Shown in pieces: positions 49,501 through 63,932 of a DNA stretch of 64,000 bases. The notes beneath the pieces are model-generated. The model was not told where the DNA came from. It saw only the letters and a list, made by a program, of their open reading frames with translations, and ran no database searches. This stretch comes from Octopus sinensis. Its lineage: Eukaryota. How positions within the stretch are numbered: position 1 is the stretch's first letter; each line of letters opens with the position of its first letter. Where the stretch lies: NCBI RefSeq assembly GCF_006345805.1, contig NC_042998.1:85622001-85686000 (forward strand), read 5' to 3'. The position numbers and the translations under genes are program-made.

Positions 49501-52391
49501 CAAACACCCATACAATCACACACACATACATACACACACATACATACACAAACACACACATACATAATACATACATACATACATAAACACACACACATTC
49601 ATACATACACACAAACACACACATATACATACATATATATATGCCTACCAAAATCCATTTGTATGACTATGATTGGCTTGAGGACAGTAGGAGACACTTG
49701 TTCAAGATGCCCAGCAATGGAACTGAACCCAAAACCATATGGTTATGAAGTGAACTTCCCAACCACACAAACATACTGCTACAATGGCAGAAATGCTATG
49801 GGGATGACTTAATTTAACTTAAAAGCATGAGAAAAGCCAGCTAAATGATAATGGAGGTAACTAAAAAAAGCCTGAAGAATGGGAGACAAAATACATTACA
49901 GTTTCTAGTTTTGTTGACTTTATTTTTCATCACTCCAGAGTCATGTAAAACATGAGCCTGTAGCATAGTGAGCATTAAAACAAATTGTTGACAAACAAAA
50001 ACCAAAGAGAAAGGGCAAGAAAGGGGGAAAAAAATAACCCACTTAAGTCGTGCATGTATGTGCATACACATGTACACATACAGCTCTGTGTTTGTGTGTG
50101 TTCGTGGTAGGGGAGGAAGTTGTGAGTATATTTGTGGTTTAATGGAAAAAAATAATAATAATGAACAGCTGCTACCATTTTCCAATCAAAATATAAAAAT
50201 TTCTTTTGTTGCTTAATGGTGGGAAATGTGATGATGGATGCCCTATTCATAAAGTGATCTTTTGAAGAACTTTTGTTGATTTCTAATGAAATAAGCAACA
50301 TACATGTAATGTATTTATTTGTGAATTTAAGTTCATTTAAATGATGTTTCAATGTTATTTTACATGATTTCCAGTATGTTCTGAAATTCTCAATTCACAC
50401 AAAGAAGAAAAAAATTAAAGAAAGACAGGTAAGAAAAATCATGTTTTGTTTTAGTTTTTACAATTTTATATTCATTTTATGCCCTAGTATGATAAACGAA
50501 AAGGTTACTGAAAAATTTTTATTTGCATATTACAGCTGTTTGTTGTTGCTGTCGTTGTTGTTGTTGTTGCTGCTGTTTAGCCCAAGTTACTCCTGATCCA
50601 GTGGAACTATGAGGTCAGATGTGGAAGCATGTGCTGTTGTAGAATGTTGCTGCATTCATCATTTGTTGGTCTATTCCTGGATCCTCCTGGGAAACTTGAT
50701 GAGCAAGATCCCAGTCAGTCTCCATTTTTGTAAAATACCACCTCATTTGCTTTTCAGAGCAGCTGACTGGCTTCCGTGCCAGTGGCACGTAAAAAGCACC
50801 ATTCAAGTGTGATTGTTACCAGCAACACCTTACTGGCACTTCTGCCAGTGGCACACGAAAAAATATTCGAGTAGGTTATCAGGAAAAAATGATTATGTTC
50901 TTGTTTTTCACCTTTTTTTCTTAAAGTTCTCTGTATTTGCATATACTTTTATAGTTCGTTTGGAACAATAGTGTTTCTAAATTCATCTTTATCAACGTTT
51001 CCAGGTTAACTCTAGCAATGGTTTCTGTATTGCCCCTTTTAAATGGACAATTTCTGTTTATACAGACTTATCATAAATTGACTGTTAAAACATTATAGTA
51101 TTGGGTACTGCGAGATGAAAAACAATATCAGTATCAGCTGGAACTGAATAAAGAAATAAGGACAGACAAATGAAAACTCTGCAAAACATTTAATCTGCCA
51201 TTTTATTGTCTGTCATGATTGTGAATACTCTAGCATATGGAGTCCAAGAAGCATAAATGAGAAACTTCTCTTTTCTTCTTTTCTGTTGTGCATCTGGAGA
51301 CAATCAGCTTGACAGAGGTTGTCCCTCTTTCTAAGCAAAATATAAATTTAAATCTAAATTAAAATCAGCATTAGATGACAACAAAACACTCAAAAGTTTT
51401 ACAATATTACATCTATTTACAGCAATAAGTTGTTCTAACTCTTAACTTTAATTTATTATTAGGGTTATGGCCACACAAAGACTGTAGTAAAGCTGACAAA
51501 GAAATGAATTGTCAATATATAAGGTGGTGGTCTGCCAGCCTATCAACACAGTTATCAAATCCTGTCTGGGTGAATTTATTTACTTTATTGCTCAATGATT
51601 GAGAGAGTGAGGCCATATTGTGTACATATAGGAAGGACACTGTATAGATTAGTTGGAATTCAACAAAGCGGGTCTCTCTACTTTGCTATAAAGAAATAGG
51701 ATCTTCTCATATCAGAGTATATTATATTGAATGCTTTTTATTCGTCATTTCCTTTAATTTGCATGAGAGATGACAGTCATGTCTTACACACCCATTCATC
51801 TACAATTCAATAAAGAAGGAACTAGATGATGTAATAACAGCATTCATATTTTTCTCAAAGGAATTAAAAATTTTGAGTGAACTGAACTGGGGGTTAGACT
51901 TGAGTTTGAAACCTGGGAGCAATCTCAGCATGAGGAGAGTTTACTTCCCATTCTATCTCATAGGCCTGAAACACAGTAACATGCACAACCTTGTTAAATT
52001 AGTAAATGACTAATTTGTTTTTCAAAACAAGCTGTCACAAGAAACAAAAAATATATATCGTCATTATTATAGTCATAGAATATTCTAGATAAAACCACTA
52101 GTTCAGAATGTATATATCATGCATGCATATGTGTGTGTATTTGTATATGTGTATACATGAAACTATGCATGTAAGTATCACTGTGCACGCATGTAATCAC
52201 ACATGCACAGCAAACATTTGAATGATGTACATTGTGAATAATAAACTTAGCAAAATTTTGAGCACCTGTATAATATAGCCAATATAAACACACCTGTTTA
52301 AAATACACACTAACATACATGCAGACACATTCTCACATATGCACGTGTGTGTCTGTGTATGTATGTACATACACATACATACATGCATATA

Positions 52392-52539
<148 letters not shown>

Positions 52540-52784
52540 CACATACATATGTATGTACATATACACATGTGTGTAAGTGTGTGTATGTATTCACCATGGC
52601 AGTAAGTTTATGAAGGTCATTTTGCTTTCAACCATGTGGTTTTGCCTTCAGTTCCATTTCATGGTAGCTTAGGCAATATATATATATTAGAAATATTGAA
52701 TTTCTAAATGTCTCAGAGAGAAATAAGCGGTGGTGAAGCGATATAGTGGTCGTATACTGTCAACTCAATGTGACAGTATATGAC

Positions 52785-52852
<68 letters not shown>

Positions 52853-53231
52853 TAATAATAATAATAATAATATTAGGAAGTATAACTCCAAACTTACAGG
52901 GAAAAATTCAATTTAGTATTAAATCAAATTTCACAATACAAATATATAATATATATAAATTAGGTGTTTACAACATCTTGACTCATATTTAATGACAGTT
53001 ATAATTCTCCTTGTTGGTATACATTTTCTTACTGCTGCCTAAACAAATTATTTGTATACACATTAGCAATTCGCTAAATCATCCATAGATTTCTATGGTG
53101 TAGACATATATGCTGAGAGTGATCAACACCCGGAATCAGCTGAGTCAGGCCAATCACAATGAAAAGGCTATGGCAAAAGCCAAAACTGCCTGATCAGTCT
53201 AGGAATATTTCGACCTTAACAGTAGAGAGAA

Positions 53232-53925
53232 TCTGTAGAAGAGGTAAACGCAAGAAGACCTGGGATGAGGTGGTGAAGCACAACCCTTGAACATTGGGCC
53301 TCACAGTGGTGATGACAAGTGACCGAGACTGTTGGAGATATGCTGTGCTTGAGAAGACCTGACAAGCCAAGTGAGACCTAATTGTGGCTTATGCCAGTGT
53401 AGCATAACTGGCCCATCAAAGAGTACCCTACAATCATTGGGAAATAAATTGCGCTTGCGCAGACCTGTTGAGTCAAGAGAAGTCATTGTCATGGCTGATG
53501 ATAGTACCACCTCATTGGCACCCATGTTGGTGGCATGTAGAAAGCACCATTCAAGTGTAGTTGATGCCAGTGCCACCTGACTGGTCCCGTGCCCTTGGCA
53601 CGTAAAAAGCACCGTTCGAGTGTGGTCATAGCCAGTGCTGCCTGATCAGCTCTCGCGCCGACGGTATGTAAAAAGCACCAATCAAGCGTGGTCGATGCCA
53701 GTACAGCAGAGACTGGCCCTTGTGCCAGTGGCGCATAAAATGCATCCACTACATTCTTGGAGTGGTTGGCATTAGGAAGAGTATCCAGCTGTAGCAATTT
53801 TGCCAGATCAGATTGGAGCCTGGTGCAGCTTTCTGGCTTGCCAGCTCTCAGTCAAACCATCCAACCCATGCCAGCATGGAAAGCAGACATTAAATGACGA
53901 TGATAATGATGATGATGATGATGAT
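53232..53925 (+). mobile_element. Older RTE LINE 3' fragment
   Basis: Decayed KTWDEVVKH..TLGLT...DRD.WRYAVLEKT, then UTR modules and (GAT)n tail. Confidence 0.8.
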
Positions 53926-53926
53926 A

Positions 53927-54338
53927 TACAGGATGCAATGGGTAAATTGTCACCATTTTATATTTTTAATTTTGCACATGTGCTTTGTTTGTTTTTGATT
54001 TTGTCGACTACACAGTATAGTAGGGTCAGTTGGACACCATCTGTGAGAAAAACAGCACTATGACGCAATTCACTCTGCCAGAAATTTGGAAATGACATGC
54101 TGTACTGCCTGGCATTCACAAACTTAAACAAGGAGACCATCCAGAAGAGTTGCAAGAAATTCCAAGGTCATCTGGAGGCCATGGTTGGAACCAATGGTGA
54201 TTTTATTGAATAAATTTACTCTTTAGTGTTTCAAAATATTTTTATGTAATTTTGGTAAATAAATCTGTTAAAATGAGATGTCAGTGTTATTTTCATTTTT
54301 GCGTATTTTAGACAATAGTTTATTCACCATACCTTGTA
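53927..54338 (+). mobile_element. Non-autonomous derivative of the same maT element
   Basis: Aligns to both ends of 43037-43868; internal deletion joined at AATGC microhomology. Confidence 0.8.
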
Positions 54339-54360
54339 TTTATATACATACATACATACA

Positions 54361-54455
<95 letters not shown>

Positions 54456-55539
54456 GTAGGAAGAGCATCCAGCCATAGAAACCAAGCCAAAACAGACAGG
54501 AGCTTGGTGTAACTCTCCAGCTTACTAGTTCCAGTGAAACCATCTAACCCATGCCAGCATAGAAAACAAATGTTAAATGATGATAATTATGATGATGATG
54601 ATGATAAATAAAAGGAGAAAACATATTCTATACATTTGATAGATTTTTTTTTTATTTATGTTTGTTTGAAGTTAGTTATTAATTCAATCTCTTTACTCTT
54701 TTATTCTTTTACTTGTTTCAGTCATTTGACTGTGGCCATGCTGGAGTACCGCCAATCAGTGAATCTTCAGAGATTTTTTGCGACACATAATCCTTCAGCT
54801 GATAAAATTGCTGCCGTCACTATTACTGTAGTTACTTATTGCTGCTGTTCTCCTTTAGAGTTGGCTCAAGCAGGTTCCATGTCTATGATGTTACTCCTGA
54901 ATTAAATTTACATAAATCTGCTAATTTCTGGTGTGACTAAAAAACATAATCCTTGAAATTCCCATGGTAACAACATTGAGAAGTATATATTCATAGTAAT
55001 TGACATAGAAATGTTATAAATATAATGGTTTGTTAACACAAGCACAAGGCCATATACATTTATAGGAGAAGGTTAGTGGTTAATATCAACCTACATAACT
55101 TCTTCATTGATTTCAAAACAGAAAAGCAAACCGTATTAAAGCAAACCAGCATAAAATGCTTTCATCTGCAATGCTTCCATATTTCCATTTTGTACTCTAA
55201 AAATTAACTAAAATTATGCAATTTAACCCTCCCCCTCTTCTCTTTCCTCCTCCTCCACATAATTTCAATCCCAAAAATATAAAGATACTCAAATTTTTCT
55301 CCAGGCCATATTCCTTAGTTCAAGGTCTTTCTACAAACATTGAATATTGAATTGTTTCATTTTAAGAGTCAACAGTCTGGATACCAAATGAGTACAGATC
55401 TTGCTTATAATGAATAGGCCAGTTTAATTCAGTACTCAAAAACTGCAAGTCTTTTTATTTACCAAATACATATACACACACACATATATAAACATAGCAC
55501 TGATCCACTGATGATATGAATATATGTATATACGTATTA

Positions 55540-56060
<521 letters not shown>

Positions 56061-56811
56061 ATATATATATATATATATATGTATGTATTGATAAAAATGG
56101 TAAGACAACAAAAGAAAGAAAGAGACTTCGATATTATGTAAATAGAGGAATTTATCTGTTAATGTAATGTGACAATTATTCACTAGCCATGATAAAACTC
56201 CGAGTTTCAGATGCTGAGGTGGAAATCCACGCCGCCATCTCTTCAATTAACCAGCCATCGGAAAAATGCTATGAAAAATGACCATTATACAAAGGGAAAT
56301 TACTGTGTGATTGGCTGTTATTAAGACAAAAAGCTATTCGAATGACCACTAAGCAAGGGAATAAAGTAAGGGGGTAAAAAGTTCATAGTATTCACGTAAG
56401 TGTGTCTGTTCATACCTACACATGTGTGCCCGCACACCCCCATATATATATCATCATCATCATTTAGCGTCCGCTTTCCATGGGTTGGACGGTTCAACTG
56501 GGGTCTGGGAAGCCAGACGGCTGCGCCAGGCCCAGTCTGATCTGGCAGTGTTTCTACAGCTGGATGCCCTTCCTAACGCCAACCACTCCGTGAGTGTAGT
56601 GGGTGCTTTTTACATGCCACCCGCACAGGTGCCAGACGGGGCTGGCAAACAGCCACGGACGGATGGTGCTTTTTACGTATAAAGATTTGAATAGCACTTG
56701 TGTTTAACTCCATTTCTTAATTTATCTATGTTATACAAAATCATTTCACTAAACCCTGGAATTTCTACATTTATAAGTAGATAGCTCTCTGGCTATCTAT
56801 CTGAGACTTTA

Positions 56812-57660
56812 TATCATCATCATCATCATCATCATCATCGTTTAACGTCCGCTTTCCATGCTAGCATGGGTTGGACGGTTCAACTGGGGTCTGGCAAGCC
56901 CGAAGGCTGCACCAGGCCAGTCAGATCTGGCAGTGTTTCTACAGCTGAATGCCCTTCCTAACACCAACCACTCCGAGAGTGTAGTGGGTGATTTTATGTG
57001 CCACCGACACAGGTGCCAGACGAGGCTGGCAGACGGCCACGCTCGGATGGTGTTTTCGGTGTTTTCTTATGTGCCACCGACACAGGTGCCAGACGAGGCT
57101 GGCGAACGGCCACGATCAGATGGTGTTTGTTACGTGCCCACAGCACGGAGGCCAGTCGATGCGGTACTGGCTACAGTCCCGTTCGGATGGTTTTCTTATG
57201 TGCCACCGGCACTGGTACCACAAGGATACAAATTCCATTGATGTTCATCTATTTTGATTTGGTTTGATTTGATTTGATTTGATTTTCACTTGCCTCAACA
57301 GGTCTTCACAAGTGTCACAAGAAGGAAGGTATGCACAGGTGGACTGACTACGTCCCAGGTAGGGGCCACGGGTTATGGCTTCACTAGTCTTGCCAGGTCT
57401 TCTCACGCACAGCATACTTCCATAGGTCTCGGTCTCTAGTCATTTCCATGGTGAGACCTAACGTTCGAAGGTCGTGCTTCACCACCTCGTCCCAGGTTTT
57501 CCTGGGTCTACCTCTTCCATGGGTTCCCTCAACTGCTAGGGATTGGCACTTTCTCACACACCTATCTTCATTCATTCTCGCCACATGACCATACCAGAGC
57601 AATCGTCTCTCTTGCACACCACAACTGATGCTTCTTAGGTACAACATTTCTCTCAAGGAA
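56812..57660 (-). mobile_element. RTE LINE 3' fragment, second subfamily (ORF C-terminus + 3' UTR + (GAT)n tail)
   Basis: ORF 57384-57656 ISCGVQERRLLWYGHVARM...GRGRPRKTWDEVVKHDLRTLG is joined to the tailed repeat. Confidence 0.9.
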
Positions 57661-57664
57661 CTAT

Positions 57665-58250
57665 ATAGCTATGGAATTTGCATCACCAGTCTGGAACCCC
57701 TATCTTGCCCAGTATATTAATCGTCTGGAAACCGTTCAGCGACGTGCAACCAAGAGAATACCCTCCATCAGGCTTTTGCCATATTCTGAAGGCCTTACTT
57801 CCCAGGGCATGGATACATTGAAACTCTGATGTCTGGTGGCTGACTTATCAGACACCCATAAAATTATTAACCATCTTACAAACAATAACTCTGAGCACTT
57901 TTTAAAACTCCACCTGTCTAACACCCGTGGACATGTTTACAAAATCAGAAAACAGCACCGCTCCCATGACTTTCAGAAACATTTTTTCACACTAAGAGTT
58001 GCTGAAGCATGGAACAAACTGCAGGCATCAGTTGTTAGTTGTCAGGGCACTGCATCCTTCAAAACTTCCATGCTTCCTGAGATTCGCCAACACTACACCT
58101 GATTTTCTCCCCTCCATACACACGCAGGCATGTATCTGACTCATACACTGTTCACTTTCCAGACATTTGTACATTACTGCATATGCTTTATACGCACTTT
58201 TGACAAGTTGTAGTGCACCTGAGCACTGTATACAATAATTTCATTATTAT
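57665..58250 (+). mobile_element. CR1-clade LINE 3' fragment
   Basis: EFASPVWNPY...LETVQRRATK...NTRGH.YK...FFTLRV..AWNKL; one in-frame stop. Confidence 0.85.
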
Positions 58251-58349
58251 TTAACATCCTTGGTACTTATGTGAATTTTTGCTAACTTGGTAACTATTTA
58301 TTTATTTTTTCCAAGTTATTTGTTCACATTGAAATAATACACATACATT

Positions 58350-58386
<37 letters not shown>

Positions 58387-58746
58387 CATCATCATCATCA
58401 TCATCCAGTGTTTTAAATCAGGGTTTTGTGCATGTTAACAGGAGTAGCTGGATCTACCTCAATGCCATAGCAACTGAGGTAGGCAGGTGCATCCCACCCC
58501 AACCTTTGGGCTGGCTGGTGCCCATTCTCCCTTGCTATCATGAGGCATTTTTGGAGCTGCATTTTCTAAAGGGAGCATGCTCTTGCTTACCTCCAACCTT
58601 AGTTTCTAGATATGAGTGGTCCTGAGACCAAGGCCTCTACCACGATTTTTAAGAAATGTGGTGGAAAACTAGCTCAGAAAGGCAGGGATGTTACTCCTTG
58701 AGACCCCTTTTGGAGCCCCCTACCTATGTATATATATATATATATA

Positions 58747-58990
58747 TATTGGGTTGGTGCATAATTATTGCGGCTTTTTTCAACAAAAACGATAACAATA
58801 TTTAACAAAAACATCTTTTAATGATGGTCTGACTGTCTGCCAAGCAAATGGGAAGCAATTGAAGTAATTGAAGTAGATGGTGAGTATGCTCCAGAATAAT
58901 AATTTAAAGATGTTTTTGTTACATGTTATTGTTTTTGTTGAATAAAATTTGTTGAAAAAAAAGCTGCAATAATCATGCACCAAACCAATA
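58747..58990. mobile_element. Mariner-derived MITE (Hsmar1/cecropia-like TIRs)
   Basis: TATTGGGTTGGTGCATAATTATTGCGGCTTTTTT ... AAAAAAGCTGCAATAATCATGCACCAAACCAATA, TA flanks. Confidence 0.8.
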
Positions 58991-59844
58991 TATATGTCAG
59001 TGTTAACTGACATAACTGGCACCTGTGCTGGTGGCACATTAAAATCACCTGCTACATTCTTGGAGTGGTTGGCATTAGGAAGGGCATCCAGCCATAGAAA
59101 CCATGCCAAATCAGATTGGAACCTGGTGCAGCTCCCCAGCTTACCAGTTCTCAGTCAAACCATCCAACCCATACCAGAATGGAAAATGGATGTTAAATGA
59201 GGATGATGATGATGATGATGATGATGATTATAATACACATATATTTGTATGAGAAAAAAGACACATGGCTCAGTGGTTACAATGCTGGACTCACAATCAT
59301 GAGGTAGTGAGTTCGATTCCCAGAGAGGGTTGTGTGATGTGTTCTTGAGCAGGACACTTTATTTCATGTTGCTCCAGTTCACTCAGCTATAGAAATGAGT
59401 TACAACATCACTGATGCCAAGCTCTATTGGTCTTTACCTTTCCCTTGGATGACATTGGTTGCATGGAGAAGGAAGGCTAGTATGTGTGGACAACTGCTGG
59501 TTTTCCATATAAAAATAACCTTGCCTAGACTTGTGCCTCAGAGGGGAACTTTCCAGGTGCAATCCCATGGTCATTCATGACCAGAGGGTGTTATAGATCT
59601 TATATCTATATATATATGCGACAGACGTAGTATTAATCCCAAAAGGTAATATTTATCCCCCTCTTAAATATGGACGTTAGAAAAAACTTTACTGCAGTAG
59701 ATATCATGAGAGAAACTCCCATGCTGTTTATATCACAAGTGGAGAGTTAATCTTCATCAGCACAAATTGCTATATAAATTGCAACATTAAAAAGACTGGG
59801 AGTTTAGTAGAAAGAGAGACAGTTTCATGCTATGTGTTGGCAGT

Positions 59845-60073
59845 TTAACCCTTTCATTACCAACCCGGCTGAAACCGGCTCTGGCTCTGTAGTACAAATG
59901 TCTTGTTTTCATAAATTTTGAATTAAAATCTTCCACCAAACCTTAGTCACAATTTATGTTCCTAACACTAACTTAATGGTAACTAAGTTATTTTACTAAA
60001 TTCTTTGTTACATCTAAAATAATTGAAAGGAACACAGAACATCTCAAAATAAATACAGTAATGAAAGGGTTGA
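59845..60073. mobile_element. piggyBac-like MITE
   Basis: TTAA-CCCTTTCATTAC ... GTAATGAAAGGG-TTGA (right TTAA mutated). Confidence 0.7.
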
Positions 60074-60487
60074 AGTATGATAGAAGGGACAGTAATAGGT
60101 TTATTGCTGTAGAAGAGATACATGGCTACCTCATGTTATATAGGTGTGTGGAGGAGTAATAAGTGTAGAATTTGAAAGAAATGTAAAGATATTGGTGATA
60201 AGGTGTAAGAATGTCCCCTCAAGGTAGAAGAAGATGGAATAGAAGAGAGTGTAGGGACAGAAGAATAGGAAGAGTGGGTAAGTAGTGGTTTCAAGAATGT
60301 GTGAGGAGAGTCAGAAATGGTCAGAGAAATAAAGGTGGATGTAGTGAATGGTAAACAAGAGTGGAGGGGTAGTCATTGGGGAATACAAGTTGAAAAGGTG
60401 ATATGTATGATTGTCAATAAAAGTGGCACAGGGGAGAAGAAGTGATGACAAGCAGCAGTACAGAAAGAGTGAAGAACATTAGAATAC

Positions 60488-60643
60488 TACATAATTTACA
60501 TTTCACGGATATTTGTCCTCATCTTGTTTCTTGTTAACACGTTTTGGCTGATATACCCTCCAGCCTTCATCAGGTGTCAGGTGTCTTGGGGAAATTTCGA
60601 ACCTGGGTTCTCATTCCTAAGGTATTTTTCAATGTTGTTATTG

Positions 60644-60682
<39 letters not shown>

Positions 60683-60809
60683 TCACTGTCTGGAATTGAA
60701 CTCAGAATCTTGAGATTAGTAGCCCGCGCTCTTAACAACAAACAAGATGAGGACAAATGTAAATAAGGTAAATAATGTACATAATTCCTCATCTCTTAAA
60801 TATAGAACT
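60488..60809 (-). mobile_element. Penelope-like non-autonomous element with inverted end duplication and a disabled hammerhead motif
   Basis: The right end 60733-60790 is an inverted copy of the left end; CTGATGA-A-GGCTG-N10-CAGCC-AAAAC at 60573-60541. Confidence 0.6.
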
Positions 60810-61537
60810 GTATTAGTAGAATACTAATACTAATACAGTAGATAGAAGTATAAGAGATAAGGAAAATAATATGGCTTTGAACTTGGAACTTTTCAAAATT
60901 TGTGTATTGTTGTTGTGTTTGTTGTTATTGTTGATCTTTTGATCAAGTCGGTTATTCCGGCCCTGACTGTCCTTTCATTTCTGTTCTGAAATATATCTCT
61001 TTATTTTTATCATGCATTGCTGTATGATTAAAAAGCTTGCTTCCCATCCATGTGGTCTTGGGTTCAGTCCTACTGAATAACAACTTGGGCTAGTGTCTTT
61101 TACTATAGCCCTGGACTGACCAAAGCCTTGTGAACAGAGTTGGTAGATCAAAACTGAAAAGAAGCCTTATATATACATATACTATATCTTACAGTGCCTT
61201 TAAGAATTTTCAGTCAAATGAATTGACCCTAGTGCTTATTTTTTTTTTAGAGCCTGGTATTTATACTATCGATCTCTTTTGCTGACATGCTAAGTCACAG
61301 AGATGAAAACACACCAACACTAGTTGTCAAGCACTGGTGGGGGACAAACGCAGATACAAAGACACACACACAGGTTCTTCCAGTTTCCATCTACCACATC
61401 CACTCACAAAAGCTTTGGTTGATGAGGCTACAGTAGGTGACATTTGCCCAGTGCTGCACTGTGGGACTGAACATGGAATAATGTGTTTAGGAAGCAAGCT
61501 TCTTACCACTCAGTCATACTTGTGTCTATATATATAT

Positions 61538-61568
<31 letters not shown>

Positions 61569-61874
61569 AAAACTTACTTGGAGAAAAGAAACGACGCGAG
61601 GGCGCTCAGTCATACAATAATTTAATAAATAAAATATATGCATACATACATACATATATGTATGTACCTACATCTACATGTATATATACATGCATATATA
61701 TATATATATATATATATATGAGTACAGGACACCACAAATAAATGTAGAACTCAACGAGAAACAAAAACATAAAAACAAACTGGGAAACAGACTTTTTTTT
61801 AACAACAAAAAAACAGAGTACAAGACAAACAATACCAGGAATATTCCCCTTCATCAGCTGTCCCTGGTTCGACT

Positions 61875-61916
<42 letters not shown>

Positions 61917-62398
61917 TTGAGTAAAGACCCCCTTTGGTCTTGAATGACCATGGGATTACATCTAGAAAGTTACCCCAAGGTACAAGTCCAGGCAAGGTTG
62001 TTTATGGAAGGCCAGCTATCTCTAATGTATACCATTCTCCCCTCTCCATGCCACCAATGTTATCCAAAGGAAAAGGAAAGGCTGATACAGCTTGGCACCA
62101 ATGATGTTGCAACTCTTTTTTACAGCTGAGTTAAATGGAACTAAATGAAATAAAGTGTCTTGCTCCAAAACACAGCACACACCCCAGCTGGAAATCGAAT
62201 TCACTACTTCATAATTGTAAGTCTGCCACTCTAACCACTGAGACATGTGCCTTCATCATCATCATCATCATCATCATCTATATATATATATATATACATT
62301 CATAAATGAGGGTGAAAAATTATATATTAATTTCATAATACCATCAGTTTAACACCAAGTGGCCTAGCACATAAAAAACCAGGGAGACAATACAAATT

Positions 62399-62910
62399 TA
62401 TACGTAAATATAAGAGAGTTACCATTAAGTGGTTAACTCTAGTGCTAGAAATAGCTCCTTATTCTGGTATAGCCACCGAAGTTGTTTCCACAAAAGAAAT
62501 AACATTACCTCCAACGTATGGAAAGCGAAATACAATGAAAAGATAAATTAATGCTGAACAATTGTTTCTTTATCAACATAATATGCAATTATACTCATAT
62601 ATTTATCTATAAATCATCAGCAGCATTTGTTTTCAATACAATTTATTAGACCCACACGGGCGATAAATACCCATGTGGTCCAATCGATTGCATACATAAT
62701 TGTGATTTAGCTTCCCCGCCAAAAAGCATGGTAAGACTTAGTGGAAACGAGTACAGCACACACTATTTAGTGCAGTATATTAAATTTATCGCTTTCCATA
62801 TGCTGGAGGTAATGTTATTTCTTTTGTGGAAACAACTTCGGTGGCTATACCAGAATAAGGAGCTATTTCTAGCACTAGAGTTAACCACTTAACGGTAACT
62901 CTCTTATATT

Positions 62911-62917
<7 letters not shown>
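62399..62917. mobile_element. MITE-like element with ~130-bp terminal inverted repeats
   Basis: 62399-62528 is the near-perfect reverse complement of 62789-62917; ~260-bp non-coding interior. Confidence 0.8.
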
Positions 62918-62992
<75 letters not shown>

Positions 62993-63507
62993 AACTGCCT
63001 CCCACTAACACGTACCCTTCACACAAATTGTACCCCAACATAACACACAACCCCTTCACACACACACACACACATTACACACAGCACATTAGCATAACAC
63101 CGCCCCGACTTTATCCTTTACAGAAAGAAAACAGACCAACAAACACAGCTATATATACCTAAGTCCCTGAGAAAAAGAGACATAACTCCTAAATTAATCC
63201 CCAGGCCCCTTTTTCGTTCCACCATCTTTGTCACAGTAACTGCTGACTGGCTGTGCTAATCTACCTCAAACTATAGAGAGCAGTTACCATATTCCCTTCC
63301 ATATCAGTTAATTCTGATGAGCGAAAGGTTATATAATTGGATTGCTACCTAACACTCAATTGTTTTCCTTGTGTAAAACCAGTTACTAAGATCAGCCGAG
63401 ATGGATATATATGGTACCCTTCAGATAAGATACCCACTCTACTCACAGATATATGAGTGCATCTTTTCCCTGACTTATGGTCTCTTAGATGACTCATGTA
63501 TATATAT

Positions 63508-63539
<32 letters not shown>

Positions 63540-63898
63540 TCAACGTCTACTTTCCATGCTGGCATGGGTTGGATGGTTTGACTGGGGACCGGCAAGCCAG
63601 GAGGCCGCATCAAGCTCCAGTCTGACCTGGCAATGTTTCTAAAGCTGGATGCCTTTCCTAACACCAACCACTCCAGGAGTGTAGTGGATGCTTTTTACGT
63701 GCCACTGGCATGGGAGTCAGTCAGGTGGCATTGGTATTGGCCATGTTTGGGTGGAACTTTTTACGTACTACTGACACAGAAACCAATCGGGGTGGTGGCA
63801 TCGGCCATGTTCAGATGGTGCTTTTTACATGCCACAGGCATGGGGAGCCAATCAGGTGACACTGACATCAGTCACAACTACAATTTCCATTTGATTGG

Positions 63899-63932
<34 letters not shown>

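Noticed and set aside
49800-52100. Unique AT-rich stretch as a hidden gene
   Set aside because: No coherent exon chain or protein-like frame was found. A lncRNA cannot be excluded from sequence alone.
53150-53195. ATGAAAAGGCT...AGCCAAAAC as a decayed hammerhead
   Set aside because: Both core strands would need several substitutions.
61835-61875. CTGATGAAGGGGAATATTCC on the minus strand in a Penelope-like remnant
   Set aside because: No GAAA element follows the stem; too decayed to call.
63310-63335. CTGATGAGCGAAAG as a hammerhead core
   Set aside because: There is no room for helix II and no pairing for helices I or III.
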